Source: an uncultured Acidobacteriaceae bacterium
GTDB taxonomy: Bacteria > Acidobacteriota > Terriglobia > Terriglobales > Acidobacteriaceae
Assembly: GCA_963788905.1 (NCBI GenBank)
Contig: CAWBIO010000008.1
Coordinates: forward strand, 129,022-193,021
Direction: 5' to 3'
Length of the DNA: 64,000 nt
Below are positions 52,320 through 62,357 of this stretch, in pieces. Each line of letters starts with the position of its first letter. The first letter of the stretch is position 1. Under the pieces are notes generated by a model that saw only the letters and a program-made list of their open reading frames with translations, did no database searches and was not told where the DNA came from. Position numbers and translations under genes: made by a program.

Positions 52320-52391
52320 CTTCCCCGACTCGAATCTTTCCGGAAAACGAAGGCTGTGTCGGCGCTTCGTCCAAAGCAAAGGGCTTGATCC

Positions 52392-53642
52392 CTACTTGTG
52401 TGGCCAGAACTGCTGCACCATCAGAATCACCGAAAGAATGCTCACCACCACGGCGGTCACCCACGCCACTCCGTTAAACCAGTGTGAATTCACCTGGTCG
52501 CCCATCAGATCTTTGCGGTTGATGAGCAGCAGCATCAGCACGATCACCACTGGCAACAGGATCCCGTTCAGCGCCTGCGACTCAATCGACCACTTGATGA
52601 GCGGGAAATTCGGAACCAGCACCACCGCTGCGCCGCCGGCGATCAGCAGCGTGTAAAGCCAGTAGAAGAACGGCGCCTCATGGAAGCGCTTGTCCACGCC
52701 CGATTCGACCCCTAGCCCCTCGCACACCACATAAGCCGTCGAAAGCGGCAGCACCGACGCCGCAAAGAATCCGGCATTGAACAGCCCGAAGGAAAACAGA
52801 ATGAAGGCGTACGAGCCGGCCAGCGGCTTCATGGCTTCCGCAGCGTCCGAGGCGTCCTGAATAGACCCGAGCCCGTGGACCCACAGCGTCGCCGCGCAGG
52901 CCACGATGATGAACCATGCAACCACGTCGGTGAAGATCGACCCCACAATGACGTCAACGCGCGAGCCTGCATAGCTATCCTTCGTGACCCCCTTCTCCAC
53001 GATTGAAGACTGCAGGTAGAACTGCATCCACGGCGCGATCGTGGTGCCGATAACGCTGACTACCATGAAGACATAGTTCGGATCGCGCAGCACAGACATC
53101 TTTGGCAGTTTCACCGTCGCCACCCAGGCCGCGCGCCAGCCCGGATGCGCCAGCACGCCGGCAATGATGTAGCAGAAATAGATCATCGAGGCGAACAGAA
53201 AGATTTTTTCCACGCTCTTGTAGTCTCCGCGCACCGCCAGCAGCCACACCAGCCCTGCGCAGATCGGGACCGAGATGTACTTGGAGACGTGAAAAAGCTG
53301 CAGGCTGCCCGCGATGCCCGAGAACTCACCGATGACGTTGCCGAAATTCACCAGCACCAGCAGCACCATCACGATGACCGTGAGGCGCAGTCCGAATTCT
53401 TCCCGAATCAGGTCGCTCAGCCCTTTGCCGGTCACCGCGCCCATGCGCGCGCACATCTCCTGAATGACGATCAGCGCCAGGGTGACCGGAAGCATCGTCC
53501 ACAGCATGGCGTAGCCGAACTGCGCGCCTGCCTGGGAATAAGTGAAGATGCCGTTCGGGTCGTTGTCGACATTGGCCGTAATGAACCCCGGACCGAGCAC
53601 GGCGAGGAAAAGCAGTATCCGGGTTCTCCAGTGTTTCAGCAT
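52392..53642 (-). CDS. mntH: NRAMP-family divalent metal (Mn2+/Fe2+) transporter
   Basis: 416-aa ORF. ...LAVLGPGFITANVDNDPNGIFTYSQAGAQFGY...QEMCARMGAVTGKGL..., the NRAMP signature. Confidence 0.92.
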   Translation of the reverse strand: MLKHWRTRILLFLAVLGPGFITANVDNDPNGIFTYSQAGAQFGYAMLWTMLPVTLALIVIQEMCARMGAVTGKGLSDLIREEFGLRLTVIVMVLLVLVNFGNVIGEFSGIAGSLQLFHVSKYISVPICAGLVWLLAVRGDYKSVEKIFLFASMIYFCYIIAGVLAHPGWRAAWVATVKLPKMSVLRDPNYVFMVVSVIGTTIAPWMQFYLQSSIVEKGVTKDSYAGSRVDVIVGSIFTDVVAWFIIVACAATLWVHGLGSIQDASDAAEAMKPLAGSYAFILFSFGLFNAGFFAASVLPLSTAYVVCEGLGVESGVDKRFHEAPFFYWLYTLLIAGGAAVVLVPNFPLIKWSIESQALNGILLPVVIVLMLLLINRKDLMGDQVNSHWFNGVAWVTAVVVSILSVILMVQQFWPHK

Positions 53643-53817
53643 GTCGGCGCAGTCTTAAATCGTGGGATTCCAGAGCTTCGAAGGTGCGGGCCAAAGCAGA
53701 AGCGCGAACGAAACCCCAGTGTAGGCGACGAAACCGGATTTGTGTCACACGATTTGCCGCTCAGTTTTCGATGACTGTCGGACTTTGGGCCAACGGTTTG
53801 GATAGACTGACAATCAG

Positions 53818-56049
53818 ATGACTGGCCGCCTGTTTTCCATTGCTTCCCGTGTTGCGCTGCCTCTTTTCGCAGCCGCCCTTACCTGGCAGTTTTCTCCCGC
53901 CGCCCACGCCCAGGGAACGCGCCTGTGGACCGAATCGCGTCTTGAGGAACTGGAGCGCGGCACTCCCAACGGAGTCGCCCTTACCAGCGACGGCCACCTG
54001 ATCCCCGGACCCGAGAGCAAGCTGGTTCTGGCCGCGCCATCCACCTACATCTGGGCTGTCGCCGCCGACCACGAGGGCAATGCGTATCTCGCAACAGGCA
54101 CGCCGGCAACGGTTCTGCGCGTCTCTCCCGATGGCAAATCAACGACTCTGTTCACCACCCGCGACATGAGCGTGCAGGCGATTCGTGTCGCGCCCGATGG
54201 CGCGATCTATGCGGCCACCCTGCCCTCGGGCAAGGTCTATAAGCTCGATCCCCACGCCGAAAATAAAAATGACGACTCGGCAACCGTCGTCTTCGATCCT
54301 GGCGCTACCCAGGAAAAGCCAAAATACGTCTGGGATCTCGCATTCGACGCGCAGGGACGCGTCTACGTCGCCGCCGGCGGTCCGGCAGCCATCTACCGAA
54401 TCGGCGCAGGCAAGCCTGAGCTTTTCTACAAGAGCGATGAGGAGCACATCCGCACGCTGGCCTTCGACAAAGCCGGCAACCTGATCGCCGGTTCCGACGG
54501 CACCGGCCTCATCTACCGCATCGATCCCGCGGGCAAGCCATTCGTCCTTTATGACGCGCCCAAAAAGGAAATCACGTCGCTGGCTGTCGCGCCCGACGGA
54601 ACCATCTACGCAGCCGGCGTCGGCGAAAAGGGCAGAAACAATTTGCCGCCCCTGCCGGTCACCGGCCAGGCAACTGTAACCGCAACCATTACGATTGTGA
54701 CGCCCGGGTCGGTGCAGGCCTTCAGCGGCAATACTCTGGTCCCTGAAGGCTCAGAGCTGTACGAGATTCCCCACGGCGATGGTCCGCCGCGCAAAATCTG
54801 GAGCGGTCATGATGACATTCTCTACGCGCTCCAGTGGACCCCCGACGGCGTGCTGGCCGCCACCGGCAATCGCGGCCACATCTACCGCATCCGCGACGAC
54901 GGCAGCTGGGCCGACGTGGCGCACCTTGAGGCATCGCAGGTCACCGGCTTCGCCGATTCCCTTGGGAGTCTGTTCGTCAGCACCGCCAACTCCGGGAAGC
55001 TCTTTTCGCTGAGCCATGGCGCTGCATCCGAAGGCACGTATACCAGCGAGGTCTTCGATGCTGGCGCGTTTGCGCAGTGGGGACGCGCCGAAGTGGAACT
55101 GGGTGCAACGCCCGCCTCCGCCGTGCAGATGTACGCACGCGCGGGCAACGTTGAAAACCCGCAGCGCGCCTGGGGCGACTGGAAACAGTTCACCCCCAAC
55201 GCCGGCGCCGTGGGCATCGCCGCTTCACGTTTCATGCAGTGGAAGATCGTCGAGCATCCCGGCGGCGGAGTCGGCGCAGTCGCCATCAATTACCTGCCCG
55301 TCAATATGCCGCCTATGGTGGATGAAATCGTGGTCGCCCCCGGCGCGCGCGCCAATTCCATCTCCCCCCAGCCCGGCCAGCCGCAGCAGATCACCATCAA
55401 CTTTCCCTCCTCGCAGAACAACGGCATCACCTTCGGCGCCCAGGAGCCGGGACGCGAACCACTGTCCGCTGTGCGCGATCACAACGCTGTCACCGTTCGC
55501 TGGGCAGCACACGACGACAACGGAGATGAGCTGAGCTTCGCTCTTTATTACCGCGGCGAAGGCGAGCACAACTGGCAGTTCCTGCGCGATCACATCACCG
55601 AGCGCTTCTATTCCTTCGACTCTTCTCAGATTCCCGACGGCCATTATCGCGTCAAAGTAGTGGCCACCGACGCGCGCTCCCACAATCCTGGCGAGGCGCT
55701 CACCGCCGACAAGGTCAGCGACGAGTTCGTCATCGACACCACCCCTCCCCTGGTTTCCGGACTCGAAGCGCACCTGGTCAATGGCAAAATTCACACCACG
55801 TTCGCAGCCAGCGATGCCACCTCGCCGGTCACCCACGCCCAGTATTCGGTCGACGCCGGCCGCTGGCAGTACATTGCGCCCGTGGGCAATATTGCCGATT
55901 CCCTGATGGAGCGCTTTGAGTTCGACGCACCGCTCCCGCCCGCGCGTCCCGATGCCGAGCCGCCCACCGATCCCACCGAGCACGTCATCGCGGTCCGGGT
56001 CTACGATCGCTACGACAATGTGGTCACCGTGAAAGCGATAGTCAGGTGA
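53818..56049 (+). CDS. Secreted repeat protein, probable beta-propeller plus Ig/FN3-like C-terminal domains (hypothetical)
   Basis: 743-aa ORF. Signal peptide ...AAALTWQFSPAAHAQ. Recurring units such as ...DGxIYAAT...GKVYKLDP..., ...GRVYVAAGGPAAIYRI..., ...GLIYRIDP.... Confidence 0.8.
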   Translation: MTGRLFSIASRVALPLFAAALTWQFSPAAHAQGTRLWTESRLEELERGTPNGVALTSDGHLIPGPESKLVLAAPSTYIWAVAADHEGNAYLATGTPATVLRVSPDGKSTTLFTTRDMSVQAIRVAPDGAIYAATLPSGKVYKLDPHAENKNDDSATVVFDPGATQEKPKYVWDLAFDAQGRVYVAAGGPAAIYRIGAGKPELFYKSDEEHIRTLAFDKAGNLIAGSDGTGLIYRIDPAGKPFVLYDAPKKEITSLAVAPDGTIYAAGVGEKGRNNLPPLPVTGQATVTATITIVTPGSVQAFSGNTLVPEGSELYEIPHGDGPPRKIWSGHDDILYALQWTPDGVLAATGNRGHIYRIRDDGSWADVAHLEASQVTGFADSLGSLFVSTANSGKLFSLSHGAASEGTYTSEVFDAGAFAQWGRAEVELGATPASAVQMYARAGNVENPQRAWGDWKQFTPNAGAVGIAASRFMQWKIVEHPGGGVGAVAINYLPVNMPPMVDEIVVAPGARANSISPQPGQPQQITINFPSSQNNGITFGAQEPGREPLSAVRDHNAVTVRWAAHDDNGDELSFALYYRGEGEHNWQFLRDHITERFYSFDSSQIPDGHYRVKVVATDARSHNPGEALTADKVSDEFVIDTTPPLVSGLEAHLVNGKIHTTFAASDATSPVTHAQYSVDAGRWQYIAPVGNIADSLMERFEFDAPLPPARPDAEPPTDPTEHVIAVRVYDRYDNVVTVKAIVR

Positions 56050-56148
56050 AGCCAGCCCCAGCTTCCAGCTTCCCGCCTCCGCCCTCCGCCCCCGGCTGCT
56101 GGCGTCCTGCTGCCGAGCTGCTGGCTCCCAGCTCCCGGCTCAAAGACT

Positions 56149-57402
56149 ATGCGTTTTGAATTATTCGTCGCTGCCCGCTATCTCCGCGCCAAGCGCCGCC
56201 AGGCAGTCATCGGCGTCATCACCGGGATCTCGATTGCCGGGGTTGCGGTCGGAGTCGCGTCACTCATTCTCGCCCTGGCCATCACCAACGGCACCCGCCG
56301 CGATCTGCAGGATCGCCTGCTCAGCTCCACCTCGCATGTCGACCTCATGCGCACCATGAGCGACGGCATTCGCGACTGGCGCCCGCTCCTCGATCGCCTG
56401 CGCCGTCTCCCCCACGTCGTTGCTGCCGCGCCCGGCCTCTACGAACCGGTCCTCATCTCGCGCAATGGCGCGCGCGCCGGCGGAGCCATGCTGAAGGGCA
56501 TCATCCCCTCGGAGGAGCGCACCGTCTCCGACATGTTCTCCACCATGACCTCCGGCAGCGTCTCCCCCCTCAGCGAATCCGCCAACACCCAGGACCAGTA
56601 CGGCTCACCCACGCCCCCCATCGTCATCGGCACCGACCTGGCCGACTCCATCGGCGCCAGCCTCAACGATGTCGTCATGGTCACCAGCCCCCAGGGCGAC
56701 CTCACCCCCTACGGCATCGTTCCCAAATACGAGCGATTCCGCATCGTCGGCATCTTCCATTCCGGCTTTTATCAATACGACTCCAGCTTCGGCTTCATCC
56801 GTCTCTCCGACGCGCAGAAGCTCTTCGGCGAGCCCGACCTGATCTCCATCATCTCCTTCCGCGTCGACAACCTTTACCGCGCCAACGTTGTCGGCGACGA
56901 AATCGAGCAGGCTGCCGGCCCCGGCTTCTCCACCACCAACTGGATGGAGCAGAACCGCGAGCTGTTTCGCGCCCTCAAACTCGAGCAGGTGGTCACCTTC
57001 ATCGTCATCGGCCTCATCGTTTGCGTCGCCGCGCTCAATATCCTCATCGCCCTCACCATGATGGTCATGGAGAAGACCAAAGATATCGCCGTGCTCATGT
57101 CCATGGGCGTGCAGCCAGGTCAGGTGAGGCGCATCTTCCTGTTCCAGGGGCTGTTGATCAGCGTCATCGGGACCGCCATTGGACTGGTGGTCGGCTACAT
57201 CCTGGCCTGGGCTGGCGCCCACTACCGTTTCATCCATCTTTCCGCCGACGTTTATTCCCTGGACTATCTCCCGTTCGCCCCGCGCATCCTACACGGAGTA
57301 ATCGTCACGGCTCTTTCGCTCGGCGTTTCGCTGCTGGCCACCCTTTACCCGTCTGGTTCCGCAGCCCGCGTCTTGCCCGCCGAAGCGCTGCGGTACGAAT
57401 AA
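56149..57402 (+). CDS. lolE: Lipoprotein-releasing ABC transporter permease, LolC/LolE family
   Basis: 417-aa ORF. MRFELFVAARYLRAKRRQAVIGVITGISIAGVAVGVASLILALAI... with a FtsX-type C-terminal 3-TM domain. Confidence 0.88.
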   Translation: MRFELFVAARYLRAKRRQAVIGVITGISIAGVAVGVASLILALAITNGTRRDLQDRLLSSTSHVDLMRTMSDGIRDWRPLLDRLRRLPHVVAAAPGLYEPVLISRNGARAGGAMLKGIIPSEERTVSDMFSTMTSGSVSPLSESANTQDQYGSPTPPIVIGTDLADSIGASLNDVVMVTSPQGDLTPYGIVPKYERFRIVGIFHSGFYQYDSSFGFIRLSDAQKLFGEPDLISIISFRVDNLYRANVVGDEIEQAAGPGFSTTNWMEQNRELFRALKLEQVVTFIVIGLIVCVAALNILIALTMMVMEKTKDIAVLMSMGVQPGQVRRIFLFQGLLISVIGTAIGLVVGYILAWAGAHYRFIHLSADVYSLDYLPFAPRILHGVIVTALSLGVSLLATLYPSGSAARVLPAEALRYE

Positions 57403-57426
57403 GACCTGCTCCTCTATACTTGGACC

Positions 57427-57651
57427 ATGGAAGTTCGCCTTACGCCCGACGAAGAAGCCCGCCTTGCGGCCATCGCAGCAGTCGCGGGCAGCAACCCCGA
57501 GCAATTGATCAAGGACGCGGCGTTCCGTCTACTTGAGGATGATCTGCGCTTTCGCGAGGCGGTGCGGAATGGCATAGCTCAGGCGAATGGCGGCGAGTTG
57601 ATTGAAGAAAAAGAAATGGATGCTCGCCTCGATCGAATGTTTCCATCCTGA
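57427..57651 (+). CDS. Type II antitoxin (ParD/RHH-like)
   Basis: 74-aa ORF immediately upstream (2-nt gap) of the ParE/RelE toxin gene. MEVRLTPDEEARLAAIAA.... Confidence 0.65.
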   Translation: MEVRLTPDEEARLAAIAAVAGSNPEQLIKDAAFRLLEDDLRFREAVRNGIAQANGGELIEEKEMDARLDRMFPS

Positions 57652-57653
57652 AG

Positions 57654-57929
57654 GTGCGAATTCTCTGGACACCGGCTGCCGCCGACGACCTCGAAGAAAT
57701 CGCCGGATACCTGAAAGAGCACCATCCGGACTATGCTCAGTCGACCGTGCGGGAGTTGTACCAGACCATTCGATCCCTCAAAGATTTTCCTCAGCGAGGT
57801 CGCCCCGGACGCGAGGAGGGCACTCGCGAGCTTGTCTTCGTCCGGCTGCCCTGGATCGCGATCTATCGCCTCCGCAACGATGCGATCGAAGTGTTGCGCA
57901 TTTGGCATGCCGCCAGGGATCGCTCATGA
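57654..57929 (+). CDS. parE: Type II toxin, RelE/ParE family
   Basis: 91-aa ORF with GTG start. ...ILWTPAAADDLEEIAGYL...FPQRGRPGREEGTRELVFVRLPWIAIYRLRNDAIEVLRIWHAARD, typical of ParE. Confidence 0.85.
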   Translation: MRILWTPAAADDLEEIAGYLKEHHPDYAQSTVRELYQTIRSLKDFPQRGRPGREEGTRELVFVRLPWIAIYRLRNDAIEVLRIWHAARDRS

Positions 57930-58023
57930 CGGCACCAACTATCCCCCGCCGCGCATCCTACATCACGTAACAGCGCTGTCGTAATCGGCCCCGGACTCAG
58001 CAAAGTGAGGAGATTCTTCAGGA

Positions 58024-59298
58024 ATGAAGGGGAAGGTCACGTGTGCTGCTCTCGGGTTCTTCCTTGCCGCGCCTCTCTGCTTTGCCTGGTCGTTCCTCAC
58101 CCACGAGACCATCATCGACATCACCTGGGATTCCGGCATCAAGCCGGTCCTCCTCAGCCAGTATCCCAACACCACGCCCGACCAGCTGCGCGTCGCCCAC
58201 GCCTACGCCTACGGCGGCTCTGTCATTCAGGACGCCGGCTATTATCCCTTCGGCCATCCCTCCTTCAGCGACCTTACCCACTACGTCCGCACCGGCGCCT
58301 TCGTCACCAACCTCATCCACCAGGCCCACGACGTCAACGAGCTCGCCTTCGCCCTCGGGGCGTTGTCGCACTACATCGGCGACACCATGGGGCACATGGA
58401 CGCCGTCAACCCTTCGGTCGCCATCGAGTTCCCCGATCTCGCCCGCAAATATGGTCCGGTCGTCACCTACGAACAATCCCCGCACGCCCACGTACGCACT
58501 GAGTTCGCCTTTGACATCGATCAGCTCAGTCACTCCCGCTTCGCTCCCGCCGCGTATCTGCGCCACGTGGGTTTCCTCGTCCCCCGCGGATTGCTGGAGC
58601 GCGCCTTCTACGCCACCTATGGCATCCCGCTCCCCAGCGTCATCGGCAACGAGTCCCACGCCATCGGCAGCTACGATTGGTCCGTCCGCTCCTTCCTCCC
58701 CCGCGTGGCCTACGCTGAAGTCCTGCTGCATCGCAAAAGCTTTCCCCCCGATGAGGACCTCCCCGGCTTTCACGAATTCGAAACCCGGCTGAAGGAGACA
58801 TCCGCGCGCAGCGGCTGGGAACCATACCGCAAGCACAAACCCAGCTTTCAAACGCGCATGTTCGCGTTCTTCATCGCCATTGCGCCCAAAATTGGGGTAC
58901 TCTCCGATCTCGCCATCCGCGGACCCAGCAAGGATTCTGAAGAGAAATATGTCGAAGGCGTCAACCGCTCTACCGACCGCTATCTGCAGTTGCTTGGCGA
59001 GCTCGCGCAAAAAGGGCAGGACGGCTTCCAGGTTCCCGATCTCGATCTCGACACCGGTTACGCCAGCCGCCCCGGAACCTACCGGCTGACCGACGAAACC
59101 TACGCGAAGCTCCTCGACCACGTCACGTCGAAAACCGCCGTGCCTCCCATCGGTCTGCGGCAAAACATCCTCGCGTTCTATTCCAATCCTTCCGCGCCCA
59201 ACGCAATCAAAAAGCACCCCCATAAATGGGAGAAGGTTCAGCAGGAACTCGAGGTGCTCCGCAACATGCCGGCGACCCGCATTCCCAACGCAAAATAG
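58024..59298 (+). CDS. Zinc-dependent phospholipase C-like family protein, secreted
   Basis: 424-aa ORF. Signal peptide, then WSFLTHETI... and ...HYIGDTMGHMD..., His-rich Zn-site-like motifs. The family call is moderate. Confidence 0.75.
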   Translation: MKGKVTCAALGFFLAAPLCFAWSFLTHETIIDITWDSGIKPVLLSQYPNTTPDQLRVAHAYAYGGSVIQDAGYYPFGHPSFSDLTHYVRTGAFVTNLIHQAHDVNELAFALGALSHYIGDTMGHMDAVNPSVAIEFPDLARKYGPVVTYEQSPHAHVRTEFAFDIDQLSHSRFAPAAYLRHVGFLVPRGLLERAFYATYGIPLPSVIGNESHAIGSYDWSVRSFLPRVAYAEVLLHRKSFPPDEDLPGFHEFETRLKETSARSGWEPYRKHKPSFQTRMFAFFIAIAPKIGVLSDLAIRGPSKDSEEKYVEGVNRSTDRYLQLLGELAQKGQDGFQVPDLDLDTGYASRPGTYRLTDETYAKLLDHVTSKTAVPPIGLRQNILAFYSNPSAPNAIKKHPHKWEKVQQELEVLRNMPATRIPNAK

Positions 59299-59425
59299 TG
59301 CGCATCTACGCCGTGCTCGCGGCGCCGCACTGCCAATAAACCCGCCGGCTCACGTAAGGTCCGTTACTTCTCCTGATTCAGCCCGTGCTCGCGCACGCTC
59401 CGTCGCGTGTATCCTGACCCCTGAC

Positions 59426-60256
59426 ATGAAGCGCATTCTCACCGCCGTGATCCTGATTCCTGTGGTCATCGCGGTGATCTTCGTTTCGCCGCGATGGCCC
59501 ATCGTCCTCATGGCCCTCATCTTCCTGATTGCAGCGCTCGCCCTTTGGGAATATCTGGGCCTCGCCAATGCCATGGGCGCGAAAACGCCGAAGATCGCGG
59601 TCATCGTCTGTCTGGCGATTCTTCTGGCCGCCGTCTTCCGCCGTCCCGACCTCATGGCCCCAGTCATCGGAGCGTTGTCCCTGGCGCTGCTGATCATCGC
59701 CGTCTTTCGTTCCCCGCTCAACCGCGTCCTCGCAGACACCGCGTTTTCCGTCTTCGGCCTCATTTACATCGGGCTGTCGATGGCCACGCTGTACCTGCTC
59801 TCCGCTGAAGACAACGGGCCCTCGCTGCTGCTCTTCCTGCTGCTCGTGGTCTGGTCGGGCGATATCGCTGCGTATTACATTGGCCGCGCCTTCGGCCGCT
59901 TCAAAATGGCTCCCGTAATCAGTCCCAATAAAACCTGGGAAGGTGCGATCGCCTCGGTCGCCGCCAGCGTCCTGATCGCAGTCTTGCTGGTCTGGCTCGC
60001 CGGAGCGCTTACCGCCCACGCTGTCGACTACCTGTCCTACCCTGGCGGCTACGTGCACTGGATCTGGCTGGCCGCGTTGCTCAACGTCGCCGCCCAGATT
60101 GGCGACCTGGTCGAGTCCGCCATCAAACGCGGAGCCGGCGTCAAAGACTCCGGCCGCATCCTGCCCGGCCACGGTGGCGTCCTCGACCGCATCGACGCCC
60201 TGCTCCTCGCCGCTCCCGTCCTCTGGTACGCCCAGCTCGCCCAGCAAACTTTCTGA
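59426..60256 (+). CDS. cdsA: Phosphatidate cytidylyltransferase
   Basis: 276-aa ORF. ...VVWSGDIAAYYIGRAFGRFKMAPVISPNKTWEGAI...SGRILPGHGGVLDRIDALL.... Confidence 0.92.
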   Translation: MKRILTAVILIPVVIAVIFVSPRWPIVLMALIFLIAALALWEYLGLANAMGAKTPKIAVIVCLAILLAAVFRRPDLMAPVIGALSLALLIIAVFRSPLNRVLADTAFSVFGLIYIGLSMATLYLLSAEDNGPSLLLFLLLVVWSGDIAAYYIGRAFGRFKMAPVISPNKTWEGAIASVAASVLIAVLLVWLAGALTAHAVDYLSYPGGYVHWIWLAALLNVAAQIGDLVESAIKRGAGVKDSGRILPGHGGVLDRIDALLLAAPVLWYAQLAQQTF

Positions 60257-60305
60257 CCAGGCCCCAACCACTCTCAGGCCGTCATCCCCACATCGAGAGC
60301 TGCAC

Positions 60306-60800
60306 TCACGATTGGCCAATCTTCACAATCTCATTCTGAATGGCCAACCCCTGAAGGGTCGCCAATGGCAACGCCAGGAATAATCCGATCCGCCGATCCA
60401 GCAGGACGAAAGCGTCGCGGAATGCCCGAGCAATTTCCTCCGGTGTGCCCTTGACGGATGCAGGATCGGGAACGCCCCAGTGCGCGGTGAAAGGGTGGCC
60501 CGGCCAGTAAGGGCACTGCTCGTTGGCCGCATTGTCGCAGACGGTGAAGACGAAGTTCATTACTGGCGCGTCGGTTTTGGCAAACTCGTCCCACGACTTG
60601 CTGTAAAGCCCCGCCGTCGACAAACCAGCGGCTTCGATTTGCCGCAGGGCTTCCGGACGCACCGCGCCCGAAGGATGACTCCCGGCGCTGTATCCAGCGA
60701 AATCCGGTGCTCCCCTTCCATTCAGGATTGCCTCGGCCATGATCGAGCGAGCCGAGTTGCCGGTGCACAGAAAAAGCACGTTATACCGCGGCATCGCCAT
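60306..60800 (-). CDS. arsC: Arsenate reductase, LMW-PTPase (thioredoxin-coupled) type
   Basis: 164-aa ORF. VLFLCTGNSARSIMAEAI (CX5R P-loop) and ...TVCDNAANEQCPYWPG.... Confidence 0.9.
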   Translation of the reverse strand: MAMPRYNVLFLCTGNSARSIMAEAILNGRGAPDFAGYSAGSHPSGAVRPEALRQIEAAGLSTAGLYSKSWDEFAKTDAPVMNFVFTVCDNAANEQCPYWPGHPFTAHWGVPDPASVKGTPEEIARAFRDAFVLLDRRIGLFLALPLATLQGLAIQNEIVKIGQS

Positions 60801-60803
60801 CCC

Positions 60804-61709
60804 CTATGAGCAGCAGCCCGGCCGGCAGCACCCATCGGCAGTCAGGTTCATGCCAACGGCTCTCGGTTTGACAGCGTAAACCTTCACGCTCGCCGCTGCA
60901 GTGTTCACATCGAACTGCTGGAGCAATGCCGATAGTTCTTCATGAAGCGAGGCTTCTCCCGATGCTGGAGAGCAGCAGGATGCGCTCGTCATGGCAGAGG
61001 AGCAGCAACCCGGCTTATTCCCGGCCCTCGAGTAAGCATTCAGGTCAGCCCCGCTGTCCACGATTTCAGCCTGCTCGAAGCCAGCCGAGAGCAGTCCGGC
61101 GCGGTAGTCCTCAATCCTCATCGCCCCGCCGATGCAGCCCACATATGCTGCCATGCTTTTCGCAACCGCTTCCGGCAAATCGCCTTTGAGGGCGATGTCA
61201 CTGATGGCGACGCGGCCACCAGGCTTAAGCACGCGGGCCATTTCACGAAATACTGCTGACTTGTCAGGCGCGAGGTTCAGGACGCAGTTGGAGATGATGC
61301 AATCAACCGAGGAGTCGGGCAGTGGGATGCTGTCAATGGTGGACTGATAGAACTCCACGTTGGTGTACCCGCCGGAAGCCGCGTTCGCTCGCGCTCTCTC
61401 GATCATGGCCGGTGTCATGTCGATGCCGATCGCGCGCCCTTTCGGCCCCACCATCTTCGCGGCCAGAAACACATCCAGACCGCCCCCCGAACCGAGGTCA
61501 ACGACCACTTCACCCGGGCGCAGGTGAGCGGTCGCGGTCGGATTGCCGCACGATAAACCCATGTTGGCCTCTGCCGGGACCGACCGGAGTTCCTCTCCGG
61601 AATAACCGAAGGCTTCGGCGACTGCGCTTATCCCGGGTTCGTTCGTGGAAAGGGAACTTTGTGCCACCGCGCCATACTTTGACCGTATGGAATCGAGAAT
61701 TTCTGCCAT
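60804..61709 (-). CDS. arsM: Arsenite S-adenosylmethionine methyltransferase with Cys-rich C-terminal tail
   Basis: ORF 60804..61727. Start set at ATG 61709. ...MGLSCGNP...[13 protein letters not shown]...ISNCVLNL...YVGCIGGA.... Tail: [18 protein letters not shown]...[10 protein letters not shown]. Confidence 0.9.
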   Translation of the reverse strand: MAEILDSIRSKYGAVAQSSLSTNEPGISAVAEAFGYSGEELRSVPAEANMGLSCGNPTATAHLRPGEVVVDLGSGGGLDVFLAAKMVGPKGRAIGIDMTPAMIERARANAASGGYTNVEFYQSTIDSIPLPDSSVDCIISNCVLNLAPDKSAVFREMARVLKPGGRVAISDIALKGDLPEAVAKSMAAYVGCIGGAMRIEDYRAGLLSAGFEQAEIVDSGADLNAYSRAGNKPGCCSSAMTSASCCSPASGEASLHEELSALLQQFDVNTAAASVKVYAVKPRAVGMNLTADGCCRPGCCS

Positions 61710-61783
61710 GCGCCACCTTACATACATTCGGTTAAGCGAATATATCTCTTGCCATCACATCCGTCAAGGCGTATATGTTGTAA

Positions 61784-62194
61784 ATGGCGCGGAGAGTCCG
61801 ATTTGACCTGGGGCAGTTCTTTCAGGCCCTCGGAGACAACACCAGGCTCCGGCTGCTGAACCTGATGGCCGATCGGGAAGTCTGCGTCTGCTATTTCGTC
61901 GAGGTTCTCAGAGTGCCGCAACCCAAAATTTCCCGCCACCTCGCCTATCTGCGAAATGCCGGTATCGTGTCGGCCAGGCGCGAAGGCAAGTGGATGCATT
62001 ACCGCATCGCGATGCCACCGCACCTCGGGGCAGCCCGGATCCTTCAACAGACGCTCGCCTGGTTGAAGGAAGATGGGGCGATGCAGGCAGACCGCGCACG
62101 CCTCGAAAACGCCTGTTGCTCTCCGGCGAAGTATGCGCTCAACGGCGCTCCGGTTCCTGCATCTGCATCTGAGTCGTGCTGCGAGGCTTGTTGA
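61784..62194 (+). CDS. arsR: ArsR/SmtB-family metalloregulator, divergent from arsM-arsC
   Basis: 136-aa ORF. ...ALGDNTRLRLLNLMADREVCVCYFVEVLRVPQPKISRHLAYLRNAGIV... carries the CVC site and wHTH. Cys-rich tail ...ACCSPAKY...SESCCEAC. Confidence 0.9.
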   Translation: MARRVRFDLGQFFQALGDNTRLRLLNLMADREVCVCYFVEVLRVPQPKISRHLAYLRNAGIVSARREGKWMHYRIAMPPHLGAARILQQTLAWLKEDGAMQADRARLENACCSPAKYALNGAPVPASASESCCEAC

Positions 62195-62317
62195 ACGCGA
62201 TGTTCCTCAACAACTCCTAAACTCTAATCCCTAAACTCTGCCCTCATTACCTCCGTACTGTCCGCTCTGCTGATTTCGCTTGCTCTCACCACGCAAAAAG
62301 CTATTCTGAAACTAGGG

Positions 62318-62357
62318 AAAGCTCTGTCCAGCCGACGCCGGCGACAGAGCTTTTTCA
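62318..62357 (+). terminator. Rho-independent terminator-like hairpin about 120 nt downstream of arsR
   Basis: AAAGCTCTGTC (62318-62328), a 14-nt loop, then GACAGAGCTTT (62343-62353) running into TTTTT (62351-62355). Confidence 0.5.

Noticed and set aside
53643-53817. Looked for a Mn-responsive (yybP-ykoY) riboswitch or MntR/Fur box upstream of mntH
   Set aside because: I could not recognise the conserved riboswitch core. I found only an 8-nt long-range inverted match (AAATCGTG at about 53655 and CACGATTT at about 53749), which is within chance expectation. An Infernal scan would be decisive.
58018-59223. 401-aa minus-strand ORF opposite the PLC-like gene
   Set aside because: Gly/Val/Asp/Glu-rich shadow ORF. 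The plus-strand product has a signal peptide and Zn-site motifs.
61726-61741. Candidate ArsR operator (ATTCG-gttaag-CGAAT) in the arsM/arsR divergent region
   Set aside because: The arms are only 5 bp. The position is plausible, but the sequence alone does not support it.
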